A stretch of 60,000 nt of DNA from Lama glama (Eukaryota): the NCBI GenBank assembly GCA_028534125.1, contig CM052818.1, positions 33,048,001-33,108,000 of the forward strand. The letters run 5' to 3'. Positions 48,251 through 59,315 of this stretch are shown here, one piece after another. Positions within the stretch are counted from its first letter, which is position 1; each line of letters opens with the position of its first letter. The translations under genes were made by a program, and so were the position numbers. Under the pieces are notes generated by a model. The model did no database searches, was not told where the DNA came from, and saw nothing but the letters and a program-made list of their open reading frames with translations.

Positions 48251-50979
48251 TCCTGGAGGATCGTTCTCATCTCTTATGCTCAGGTTGGGGAGAATAGAAT
48301 AAAGAGGAAATGAGAAAGCCAAAAATCAGAATGGTCCCTCTAACCCAGGGACTCAAGGATGGACTCTCACCAGTCAGCTTGGATCTCTGGACCCTGAAAC
48401 TGAAGTTTGATGCTTTATAAGACTTGTTGTGGGCCTTTGGGCAGCAGAACATCCTTATCCTGAAGCACCCTGAGTTTAAGGGAGCTGTGGGGCCGCTCAG
48501 TAAGTATGTGTATCCTCCCACCACCTATGAGACAGACAGCTCAGAACACAGGGCCCCGAGGGCCACCCCATTTCATCAGGTCAGAGAGGTCCCTGCAGCC
48601 CAGCAGCCGCTAATTTGGGAGAATGACCTTTCTGAATTCTATAGGGCCTTGGATTCAGAAATAAGGGTCACAACCACATCCTTTTACAGAAAGGTCTAGG
48701 AAGTAGGGTATGGGTTCCCATTTCCTACAGGTATGGACAGGGCAGGGCTTATCCCAGAAACTCCGGAGCTGGGCAGAAATGGTGGAAGTCAGGGTTGGTG
48801 TTCTGGGCCCGTCCCCCCAGCCATGCATTTCTCCATCAGATTGATTCTTGACCAGGGCAGCAAGCACTCGAGCCATGAACTCCATGAATACCTGTGACCT
48901 GTCTCAGCAGGCAGGCAGGAATGATTATGCATGTCTGGGAAGAGACTGGGTTCTTTCTCTTAAGAACCCCCTTTTTTAAGTTCTCAGCACAGGAAAAAGA
49001 AAAATTCCAACATCCCAGGAGACTGGCTCAGGGCAAGAGGAGAGGGAGCTTAAGGGCAAATGCTGCCTCAAATGCCCCAGAAGCCTCCTGTTGCAGTCCA
49101 GTTTGATTCAAATGCTCTATATTTTTTACCAAACTTGGGATGTTCTCCAAAGCCTTCCATAGGGAATTCAACCAATCCCCACAGATTCTGCCCTGGACAT
49201 CACTTTGACCTTTCATTCCTATCTGAGGAAAGCTACTTACATCACAGTGGAAATGGTCACGAATAACGCATGATTTCCCCCAATTTTACAGTATCCAACC
49301 AGTATCTCAGGTAGTGTGCCTCCTGTCAGTTTCACTTGAAAGAACCACGTTATCCTCCTTCACCTAATGGCCAGGATGAAGAACAAGAAGGAAGAAAAGA
49401 AAAAACCAAGGAAAAGAAGGTGACTGATAAGGAGTTATCTGCCAGGTTCCCCAGTCTCTTTTCTCCCAGCTTTCTTTCGGCCAGGAACTCCACTCCAAAG
49501 CACAGGGGAATTTGCTCCACTCTTCTGTGGACCCCTTTTGTACCCCACCAATCCTTGGATAGCTTTGCACTCCATGGGAAGGGCATACCATGTCATCTTC
49601 TCCATGACCACAGCAGGTGAGCATGGCCCAGTCACTGCCACGGGACAGGGTGAGAGATAGTCCTGGACAAGAGGGCTCTTACAACTTCCTTCTCCAGCCC
49701 AGTGATTCGAAGAAGGGTAAAGTTACCAAGTGGGGTTTGGAACAGATATATTTGCCTCTATCAGGGCAGCTGCCATCATTTTGAAATGTTGTGACCGTCA
49801 AAAGATACCACCTACAGCACAGATGAGACAACTCCACAAAGTAATGACGCGATTTTTTTTTCTTTCTTTCAACAAATAGACTTGAAATATAGCCTCCTGA
49901 ATTCTCAAAGTCAGTGTCTTTATTCCTGTTTAACAGACGGGAAAAAAATCTAAGGTATAGCTGGCCAAAGGTGTCTGCTTTGGTGCGCCTTGTCTTGAAA
50001 CCAACAGGACTTGGGGTTGCACTGCTTTGCACCCAGTCAGATCACCCAGACCTCATACACCAGACTGGGTTCCTTATATGTCAGATCTTTGGATAACTCC
50101 CAAACATCAAATTCATCCTCAAAGGACAAAGATGTGTTAGGAAGGAGGGTTTTCAAAAAAATTTGCTGAAGGCAATTCCAAAGAGGGGCGTTGTAAAACC
50201 TTTCTGAGTCTGACTAATAGCCACAGCATTCAAATAAGCATTTAGTTTCCTCAAGGAACAATTACGAAGGGGACAACAGTGATTTGGATGTAGAAGAGCT
50301 GGTGTGTTTGTATTGAGAGAGAAAAGAAAAAAAATTGAGGCTCCTAACTTTGCACTCACCTTGAATAATAAGGCAGGCGGAAATAAAATAATGGAAATGC
50401 ACTCAGGTGTTTGGATAGGAAAATTCAGCTGCCACTCAGACAATGCATGACTGCTGTTTCACCCCATCCACTTTGATGAAAAAGTGACACTGACTTCCAC
50501 CATCAAGAATCAGCGGAACAGACAAATTCCTGGGATAACATTTTGTTTGATCCTAATCTACATCTGTAAAATCAAGGGAGAAAAAAAAAAACCGAGACCC
50601 TTAATATACACCTCCCACCTTCCCACCAGCTCTGAAGACCACGTCCCCGAACAATTCCCAGTGTCCTAATACAAACAACATCAAGAAAATAAGCCTTGTG
50701 AATCTGAAGACATTGTGCTGGCAATGAACAGACAGATATTGAAACAGGGAAAGAAAAAAAGCACTCCTTTTTCAACCAGATTTTATTTAGAACAAAACAA
50801 AATTAGAAAAGAAACTGCATTGTGAAGTCAAGCAGCTCCTAGTTAACCACTGTTAAATATATGACATTTATTTGTTCTGTATTAAAAGGAAAAAAATCCT
50901 AAGAATTCCGAAAACTCACCAAGTTAACACTCTCTGGGGCTGGAAAAATACATTCCCCAGACAGTCCTTCTAAGGATGT

Positions 50980-50995
50980 CCTGTAGGGGGCACTA
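50980..50995 (+). promoter_or_regulatory. Candidate CTCF site in FOSL2 intron 1
   Basis: CCTGTAGGGGGCACTA, one mismatch to CCASYAGRKGGCRSY. Confidence 0.5.
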
Positions 50996-51107
50996 GAGAG
51001 GTATGATTGGGGCTGACTTGGGAATCACAGTCATTTCTGGTAAAAGTTCTTTGATGTGAGGAATGTCCCAGCCTGGTATAGTTGGCAAAAGTTCACTCTG
51101 GGGAATT

Positions 51108-51139
51108 TTGTGTGTGTGTGTGTGTGTGTCTGTGTGTGT
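51108..51139. repeat. (TG)n microsatellite (intron 1)
   Basis: tgtgtg run with one tc interruption. Confidence 0.9.
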
Positions 51140-54135
51140 TGGAAAAGGATGGCTGCCAAAGAAGAGACCTAATCTGGTATTCCTTGGTCCCAAAAAGGAA
51201 CTATCCTCCTTGATTTATTTTCACTAGTTATCTGAGGAACAGACAAAATGGCAGCCTTGGAGAGGTTCTGGGTCTTGTTTTTGTTTTGTTTTTTTTCATT
51301 AAAAGGGGGCCCAGCTGATGAAAACAAGTTATGAAATGACCTATGTTTGTGTAACTGGCTGGATTGCGTAATGCTCAGGGCCTGAAACCGTAAGAGCGGA
51401 GCAGCCAGGCAGGGCACATATCTGGGAGGTGTTTTCCTAGGAAAGTTAGGAGAGACAGAAAACAACAACAACAAAAAGCAGCAGCCAGGAGGGGGAGGTG
51501 TGTGTAACTATTTGTGACAAATCAGAATCACCAATGGCCAACCTTTGAGATTAACACTACAACTGGAACAGGAAATATTTTTCATGCTTCAAGTTCCTGC
51601 CATATACAAGAACAGAGGTTTTAACAAAGAGTTACCTGCCCCCCTCCCCGACCCCCAAGTCACTGGAACTTATGGCCGTGTGTTAAGATCAAGCTTCATG
51701 AAGAGAGAGAGAGGAGAAGAAAGTTCTAGGTTGAGTAAACAGCAGCGAACTCCTAGGAATATTAGACCCCACAAACAAAGAGAGCAGGAAAAAACAATAT
51801 TCACTCACCCAAGGTAAAACCAGAGAACCCTCTTAAACTGACTGGTCCCCTGAGATGCCAAAAAAGGAGGACAGCCCATCACTAATTTCCAGGAAAGTCT
51901 CCCCATAAAGGAAGCTAAGAGAAGTAAAGTGATTACAGGTTTTATCTGGCATGTAATAAAGTTACCTTGAACCCCGGGTGGGGTCCTAGCACAGACTTGT
52001 GAAGTAACAAAAGCTTCTCACATCAGTCCTTAGGACCACAGGACAGCTCTGCTCAAAGTCAGAGAGCTGATGGAAAAACCCTCCCCTCCTCCTCCACCAC
52101 CCCTTCCTTCTCCCACTACCCCCTCCCTCAGGAGTGGACAGGCTGAAAAACTTGTCCAGAGCGGCATTACCTTGCCAATCCCTCCGGTTTGAAAGGCGCC
52201 TCACTCAAGCTGCTGGGACAAATAGGCAGGCGTATATACAAGAACCCCGTTGCACCAGTTATTACTAATTGCAAAATCCTCATGTGTTACAGCATGCTAG
52301 GAATTAGCCAACAGCTGCTTTTTGCTTCGGTAATGAGGCCCCATTACACTCTGCTGGACTGAGTTCTCTTCCTTCTTCCTAGCGCTGGTTTCCTGTCTGA
52401 TTTTCTTCCAAACAGGGAATTGCCTCTGCTCACATCCTGGGCTCAAAGCCCTAGTGACACAGATTATTCAATCGGGGCACTGATGTCCGGTCTGACTTCC
52501 CATCCAGGCCCCAGGGTCTGAGCAAAGCCAGGCGGCGAGGCTGTTAACGTTTCAATGATGACTGCCACAGAAACCGCAGCCAAAGGAGCAGATGAGAAAT
52601 CAAAAGATCCCTTCCTGATTCGGAGAGGAGGAGAGGGACATTTAGGGGGCTGGTGAATTGGAGAGTGAGGGAATGCGCATAAATGACTTCAACCCGTTGC
52701 CTAATGATACTTGGATTCAATACAAACCACCAGTGGGGCTGGAAAGCAAACGAAGTCAAACACTTTGGGACAAGATTTGAAACTCATCACCTTGGTGCTC
52801 ATTATGAAGGGTGCCCTGACTGCATACTCAATGCACAGCCTAGGTTCTCTACGGTAGGTGCTTATGGCGACACCAGGGCAGGTAGAGGGAAGACAGAAAA
52901 GCCATTCTGAGGACTCACCAGGTATGGGGAGCCACTTTAGAACAAGATACCCCTCTTCAGATATCAAAGAGAGCCGTGTTTCCATTTTATTTTCCATCAG
53001 GGTCCCCCTCCCCATAAGCCCACCCCAGCCCCTCCTGGTTGGCAGGTTTCTAGAGGCCAAGGCCACGGCCTTACCAGAGCAACTCTTGCTGTGGCTAACT
53101 TGGCTAGAGACTGCGCAGAGCCTGATCCAGGCGGGCTTCAGGTTCTAGCCTCCTCGTTTGTTAAGCCAGCTCCCACAGGCGCCTGGGGTTGGGGGAGAGG
53201 GGTGCTGCTGCTGCAGAGGGTAGGCCCACCAACCAACTCATGAGCAGCACCAACCCAGCAGCACCGTTCTGGTATTTATTCTGGTATTTATAGACGCATA
53301 GATCGAACGCACAATCCCTCCAGTGCAAACCAGTCCGCCTGCTTTAGAAACAAGTTGTTTTTCGGCTTCCAGAACCACCCAGGAGCCTAAGCGAGGTCTC
53401 TCCACCACCCCCTTCTCTCTGCAGGCGTCTTTGCCCGAGGTACTCCCAGACCCCCGAGGCGCCCCTTCTGGTGGCAGTGCAGGCTCCTTCTCCGACCCTA
53501 ACAGGAGATGGATGGGCGCCGGGCACATAGACGCAGCCCGAGCCAATCAAGGCTGACCTCCTCCTTCCTGACCTTCGCACCTGATTCCCAGCGCGACAAC
53601 CCTCGCCCTCCCTCCGGATTACATGAAGGAGCCCAACCATGTTTCCGAGTCTCCAACCTCTTTTAGAAATTAACTAAGCCCTATGGAGAACGGAGGAAGA
53701 GGAGAGGGCTTTTTCGCAGGAATAAGGTCCCTGGACGTCGGGATAGGCCCGTGGGTGCAAAGATTTTTTTTTTTTTTGGTACACCACTGAGAGAGAATGG
53801 ATGCGAATTCCTGGGAAAGGAGGTACAGGTTCCTGGGAAGGGGGCCTGCAATTCCCGGAGCTTGGTTGGATAAGACGTAGTGTGAAGTATAGGGTTTGCC
53901 GGCTCTTCCGCCCACTCGCCGCTCCAGTTTAAAAAAAAAAAAGTGTTGGCTGGGGTCAAGGGGGGAGAGAAAGGAGGGGTGGGTAGAACAAGACGAAAAT
54001 CCAGAACTTACAGTGGTGGCCCGTAGGAATTTTCTCGCCAAGCCAAGAAAGGGAAAAGAAAGCAAAAGAAGCAGTGGCGCTAGAGGAAGGCAGGGGTCCG
54101 CCCGCGCCGCCAGGTGCACCCGGACCCGCACCTAC

Positions 54136-54237
54136 CTGCTGGCCGCCGCCGCCGCTGGAGTAGGACTCGGCGTGCGCAGGAGAGCCGCTGCTGCCCCGGG
54201 ACGAGGTGTCAAAGTTCCCGGGATAATCCTGGTACAT
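54136..54237 (-). CDS. FOSL2: FOSL2 coding exon 1 (102 nt, [34 protein letters not shown])
   Basis: ATG at 54237-54235; translation is the recognisable Fra-2 N-terminus; donor CAG|GTAGGT (GT at 54135-54134), phase 0. Confidence 0.98.
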
Positions 54238-55049
54238 GATCCGCGGTGGGGGCCCGAGAGGAAACAGGGTGTTTTTCTTCCCCCGCCCTCGCCGCGGCCG
54301 CGCACCGGCTGCTGCGCTCTCGCTCCCTGCCGGCCGCGCCTCGGGCTCTAGTCTTCGCTCCCGGGCTTCTCTCCCTCGGCGGCGACACCCCGGGAACAGT
54401 GACCCCCGAGCGCCGAGCGCTGAACTTCTTTCCTGCTCTATAAGCGCCGCGGGACCAGTTGTCCACCCGGTCCCTCCCTCTAAAAAGTCCGCACGTCCCT
54501 CGGTCCCTCCCCCGAGCGCGCCCTCCTGCCCCCGCGCGCAATCGGAGCCCAGCGGGACCGCCGGCTCAATCAAAAACTGGAAATTGAAAAAGAATAGTTG
54601 CCCGGCGAGTCAAGCCTGCAGGTCTAGGGGGCCCCGATTTCAGACAGGGCAAAAAAAAAGAGTGGGGGCGAAAAGAAAGGCTGCCCGCTTGGAGAAACTT
54701 CTATTTCCTCCTTTTAGAAAAGGAGCTGAGAATAAACTTCCTGTGGCCGACTCGTCGCCGGAGTTTCGAGCGGCTCGGACAGTTGACTAGGAGAAGAAGG
54801 CAGCCTGCGCCTGGCTCGCGTCCCGTGTGGTTTCAGCCGAGCCGGCGCGGAGAGGGACGCGGACCCGCTCCGCGTGCCGCGGCTCCGGCGCCCAGACCTG
54901 CACCCCTTCCCCAGCGCCCGCTCCCGGACGGGCCCGCCTCGCCCGTCCGCGCCTCTCTCTCTCTCCCTCTCTCAGTCCCCGCCGAGCGCCGCTTGCTTGC
55001 TCGCTGGTTCGCTCGGAGACCCAGCGCTCTGCCCGAGATGAGTCACTAC
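54238..55049 (-). other. FOSL2: FOSL2 5' leader (non-coding part of exon 1), TSS inferred near 55049
   Basis: GC-rich, no ATG found on the minus strand; starts ~30 nt downstream of an AT-rich TATA-like element at 55076-55081; TSS is inferred, not measured. Confidence 0.7.
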
Positions 55050-55475
55050 AATGGCACGAGTTCAACTCCACACTCTTTATTCTCCAGCCCCTGTACCTCA
55101 CGTCAACCCCAGACTCCACCTTGCAGGGAGGAGCGCGCGGGGAGGCGGGAGTAGAAGGCCGAGGAGGAGGAGGGGGAGGAGGAAGAGGCGCGGGAGGAGG
55201 CGGGCGCGGCGCAGCGTTCCCCTCCCTGCCCCGGCTCCCGGCCGCGCTGACGCCAGCCACACACCCGGCGCGAGGAAGGAAGGCGGTGGCGGGGGTGGGA
55301 GCGGACCGCGGGCATAGTTTGGGGGAGCTGAGGCACCCTGGCCCTTCCCCACGCTCGCCCACCCACCCCCTCCGGGCCCTGCGCCCTTGGTCTGTTCCAC
55401 TGGCACATGTTGCCAAAGATGGTCATTTGCGTTAGAAGACGCGAGTGCGGGTTCCCTCGCTTTCGGGTGACGTGG
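55039..55475 (-). promoter_or_regulatory. FOSL2: FOSL2 proximal promoter
   Basis: AP-1 TGACTCA 55039-55045; TATA-like AATAAAG 55075-55081; CRE-like TGACGTGA 55098-55105, TGACGCCA 55248-55255, TGACGTGG 55468-55475; CArG-like CCAAAGATGG 55413-55422; GC/GGA boxes 55130-55210. Confidence 0.8.
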
Positions 55476-56209
55476 AGGGAGAGGGATTCCCTCGCCGGCT
55501 CCCGAGCGCTCCACGGCCTCCCCCCTTCTCTACCGCCCTGGGAAGGGGCGCGGGGCGGGGCCCCCGAGAGCGGCTGCGCTGGCCTCGGAGCCGTGTTTTA
55601 GAAAATAATCAAAGTCCTAAAGAGCGAGACCAGCGGTTCAGTGCGGCGCCACCGCGAGGCCGGGAGCCGGGCGCGCAGAGCTGCTCGCAGGGAGGGAGCG
55701 GCCGCGCGCGGTCGTCGGCGCCCTCCGCGGCGCCGCCGGGAGCAGCGGGCGCCCTGGGCGCGCAGGGTACCCGCGCCTCCCTGCGGCCGAGCCTTGGCGG
55801 GGCGCGGCGCCGCCAGGCGGGGCGGGCCTGCCTATTTTCCCCTCGGTGGCTGGGTGCCCACTGCTTCCCGCCCCACCCCCCTTTTTTCGGCCCTGCAATT
55901 AATTTGTTAGAGTAGACTTGAAGACGAAATTAACCAGTCAAGACATTCCGGCCACCTTCTAAGCCAGGCAATTAGGACGCATCTAATAGGAATAATCGAG
56001 CTTTAAAAGCAAACTGGACTGTTACGAATTTGGAAACAAACCAAAAAAAAGGGGGTGGGGGGAGAGGGAGACCCGGGAGAGGGTGTGCCCCCAACATTGT
56101 CTTCAGCTGTTTTGGAGCGAAGTTCAGGGAACAGGTAGTCCGGACTCTTAGGTTCTCCCGCCTCGTGGGCAGGGCGGGGCGAGGCGCGGGGTAAAGAGCA
56201 CAGGCCTTG

Positions 56210-56350
56210 GAGTACAAACGCCGGGCTGTGCTGTTTACGAGCTGTGAGACTTTGGGCGAGTCCCTTAACCTCTCTGGGCTTCAGCTTCTTCCTATAAAAC
56301 GAAGGGATTGTGACAGGACCTTCTTGGGCCCTAATCATCTCTGGAACCTT
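56210..56350 (+). mobile_element. MIR SINE upstream of the promoter
   Basis: agctgtgagactttgggcgagtcccttaacctctctgggcttcagcttcttcctataaaa. Confidence 0.75.
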
Positions 56351-56599
56351 CTGCAGCGGTGATCCACAGGAGCGTTGTACCAGGAGTCAAGGAAACTGGG
56401 TTCTGGTCCAGGCTCTGCCTTACTCTCGGTTTACTCAACTCTTGAGTGGCACCGTATGTATCCCCACAGGGTCCTAGTGAGGACCCAGTGGGAAGATGTG
56501 TGAAGACTGAACTGCTGTGCACTGTCGCACATCACAGTTTCGATCCTCAGTTTCCTTATCTGTAAAGTGGGGGTGTTGCTAGGAAAGAAAAATACAGCC

Positions 56600-57800
56600 G
56601 GGAACTCGAAGCTTTCCCGGGGCTCTATATAAAGCGCTGGCGTTTCCGGGACGGCTGGCGGCATCTGGCCGCCCCAATGGCCCCAAGATACGGTAATCCC
56701 AAACAATACTCGGGGTCATTGTTTACAGCTATAAAACACATTCTGTCCTGAGCTCCATCCCCAAGGACGCGCGCGGAGAGGCAAGGCTAGCCAGACTCCT
56801 CGAAACCTCCGCCGCCGCCTGCCGGCAGAGTCCCCAACTCCCCGGCTGGGTCGAGAGGTGTAGGGCAGGTGGGTGCGTGCACCCGGCGCAGGGGCCTGGG
56901 GTTTTGTTGTCTTTTTTTTTTTTTTTTAATCCCTGCGTCCTGCCTGCCTGGGTGTGTTTACGCGCCTCTCCCAGCAGGACTGAGTAAATGCAGTCCTTTG
57001 ACGCAAAACCGATCAGCCCTTTCCCCAGCAGCAGCGGCAAAACCCAGAAAACTGAGGGTGGGGACGGTTGGGGGGGAAACAGAGGAGAAGAAATCGTGAC
57101 ACTTTCTCACTCGCCTCTGCGTCCCCTCCCGGGCCACACGGGCCCTTAGAGAGATCTTGGGAGGCTGCAAAGGGAGGCGCGGCCGCAGCGTCCAGGGCCT
57201 TCCCGGGAACAGCCGTGTGTAGAAGCTGAGCGAACAGACGCACTTTCAGTTTATCTTTGAGCAGCAGCGGCTGCCCGGCCCTCCCCTCCCCCACCCCGCG
57301 CTTGAAAATCCGGGTGCTTCTGGGTCTCTCCCACACAGTCCTTCCAGTAATTTGGGGGGAAAGTAGGAGGGGGAAAGGGAGCCGGAGCTTCCTCCGTGGC
57401 CTCCGCTGTCCCGGGCGCGCCCAAGCCGGGGCAGGCGCCGCCGGGAGCGCGCGGGCGGGCGAGCGCACCCTTGCGCCCTCGCACGCCCCCGCCCTGCCTC
57501 TTCCCCAGCCTTTTCCTTTCTTGTGGGTTCCCGTAAAGCCCAGCAGCCCTGAGACGTCTGCAGAGCATCACGGAATCTGTGCTGATGCAAGTCGCTAGCC
57601 TCTCTTTGGTGCGCCCCGGCTTGCTTCGGAGCGCTTTGATCCCGGCCTTCCCCTGCTCCAGAACTCGTGCTGGCTCCCTCTGCCCGCCGGGAGGCCTGCG
57701 TTCCTCACCCCGCCTTCACCTTTCAGTCCCTGAGCGAGCGCCAGGCCCGCGAAGCTGGTGCCCTGGTACCCCGGGTCTGGCTCGTGCCTCGGCCTGTGAA
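56600..57800. promoter_or_regulatory. Second upstream CpG-rich island / probable enhancer or divergent promoter
   Basis: CpG-dense 56760-57800; TATATAAAG 56626-56634 (+), TGTTTAC 56720-56726, TTCCCGGGAA 57200-57209. Confidence 0.6.
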
Positions 57801-58900
57801 TGCCAAACTGAGAGTATTTAGCCTCCAAGCCCCGTTCATTGCCCCCTCCGTGGGGAATCAGTCATCCCAGGATCACCCAGTTAGAAAGGATCCTCTGGCT
57901 CCCTGGCATAACATGCTAAGAATAGGGGCCAGCCTTTATTGAGCATTTGCCAATAGTGAGGCACCAGGCTGAATAAGGGATTGCCTCATGCAGTCCTCCC
58001 AACAAACATTGGAGGTGGGTATTATTCTCTGGTTGCAGGTCAAGAAAGCGACATTCAGTAACTTGCCCAGGAGAATTAGAGGATTAGTGACCCAGTTGGA
58101 AGTGCAGGTGGGCCTCTATGACACCAGACTCTTCCTCTTACCCAGGACATGTATGACCTGCCTCCTCCTGGAATGTCTTTGTTTTTCTCTTCCTGGTCTC
58201 CAGAAAGCACGGACTTCATCTGGTGCATGACTTTGTCCTACACTTGTAGGTGCTCCTTAATTCTCTGCCTAGCACTACCCAGGGCAGAGAAAGGTCATGT
58301 CAAGTAAGAGAAGAGGAGGTGGTAAGCTGGGATGAGGGGAAAAGGGCAGCTTGGGCTGTCTTCTTACTGCCTCTTTTGGTCTTGGGCCCTCCCTGCACTG
58401 AAGTTAGGAGTTTCCTCCTCTGTCCCTCCTGTCCAACACTGACCCCTGACTTGAATCCCAGAATGGCTGCCTGCTCAGAGTGCTAGGCAGTTCATGAAGC
58501 TCTTCCACATACATGGCCTCGTTTTTCCTCACACAACATCCCTCCTGGGGGTGTGACAACAGTCAGGGTGACTCTGGATTGCCAAAGAGGAGGCCGAGGA
58601 ACAGAGTGGCAAGGCAGCCTACTCCAGATTTCCCAACCTGTCGGTGCCAGAATTCAAACCCATCTCACCTGACTTTACGCCCCGTGCTCTGCCTGTTACC
58701 CATGCTCCCAGCCTTGACAGGTCAAACTCCATGGCTTAATGATAAATGGTCCTCTATCCATCATGACTGAGCAAATCTGCCATCATTTCTCTATTGGAAG
58801 CCACACATTTTGCTGATGTTTTAACATTTCTGAAAACCAGGATGCATGCTATAATCAGTGACTATTTAATATGGAAGCGTTTCTGTTTGTCCACAGATCT

Positions 58901-59315
58901 CTGGATCAGTCAGGAGTCCATCAGGAAACAGACTTCAGCCCAAATGGTTCAATGGAAGAGGCTTCCATGGAGCATCTCCTTAGAGAGCATCTTCCATGGA
59001 CGGGGCTAAGGGAGCAACAAGGAATCCTGCCACACCCAGAGCCTAGTAACAGCTGGAAACTGTGACCACCCCCAGGGTTGAAGAGGGGAGAAAATCATTA
59101 GCACACTGGGACCATGGAAGAAGGCCATCCAGCAGGATACAGAGAAGCAGCCCCTGCCAGAAATTACGCTGAAGGGGATGAGGGAAGGGATAGCAGACCA
59201 TCTCTCCCATCCCATAGTCAGCCTCCCAGGGCACAGAGATGGGCAAGGAAGGGTGAGCAGTGGATCTGGTAGGAGTGGGGAAGGCACACTCAGCAAATGG
59301 GGAATAACCAGCACA
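58901..59315 (-). mobile_element. LTR33-like (ERVL) solo LTR
   Basis: Minus strand starts tgtgctggttattccccatttgc ... ccagatccactgctcacccttc ... ctctgtgccctgggaggctgac, resembling the LTR33 5' end as I recall it. Confidence 0.7.

Larger units (their letters stand above)
53300..55900. promoter_or_regulatory. CpG island over the FOSL2 promoter, exon 1 and start of intron 1
   Basis: Very high GC and dense CpG by inspection, unlike the CpG-depleted flanks; boundaries approximate. Confidence 0.9.

Noticed and set aside
53458..53480. CTCF-like sequence in the CpG island
   Set aside because: Needs an indel or three mismatches to fit the core
53896..55915. Many overlapping 100-209 aa Arg/Gly/Pro-rich ORFs
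   Set aside because: Typical CpG-island artefacts from stop-codon scarcity; only the 102-nt FOSL2 exon is supported
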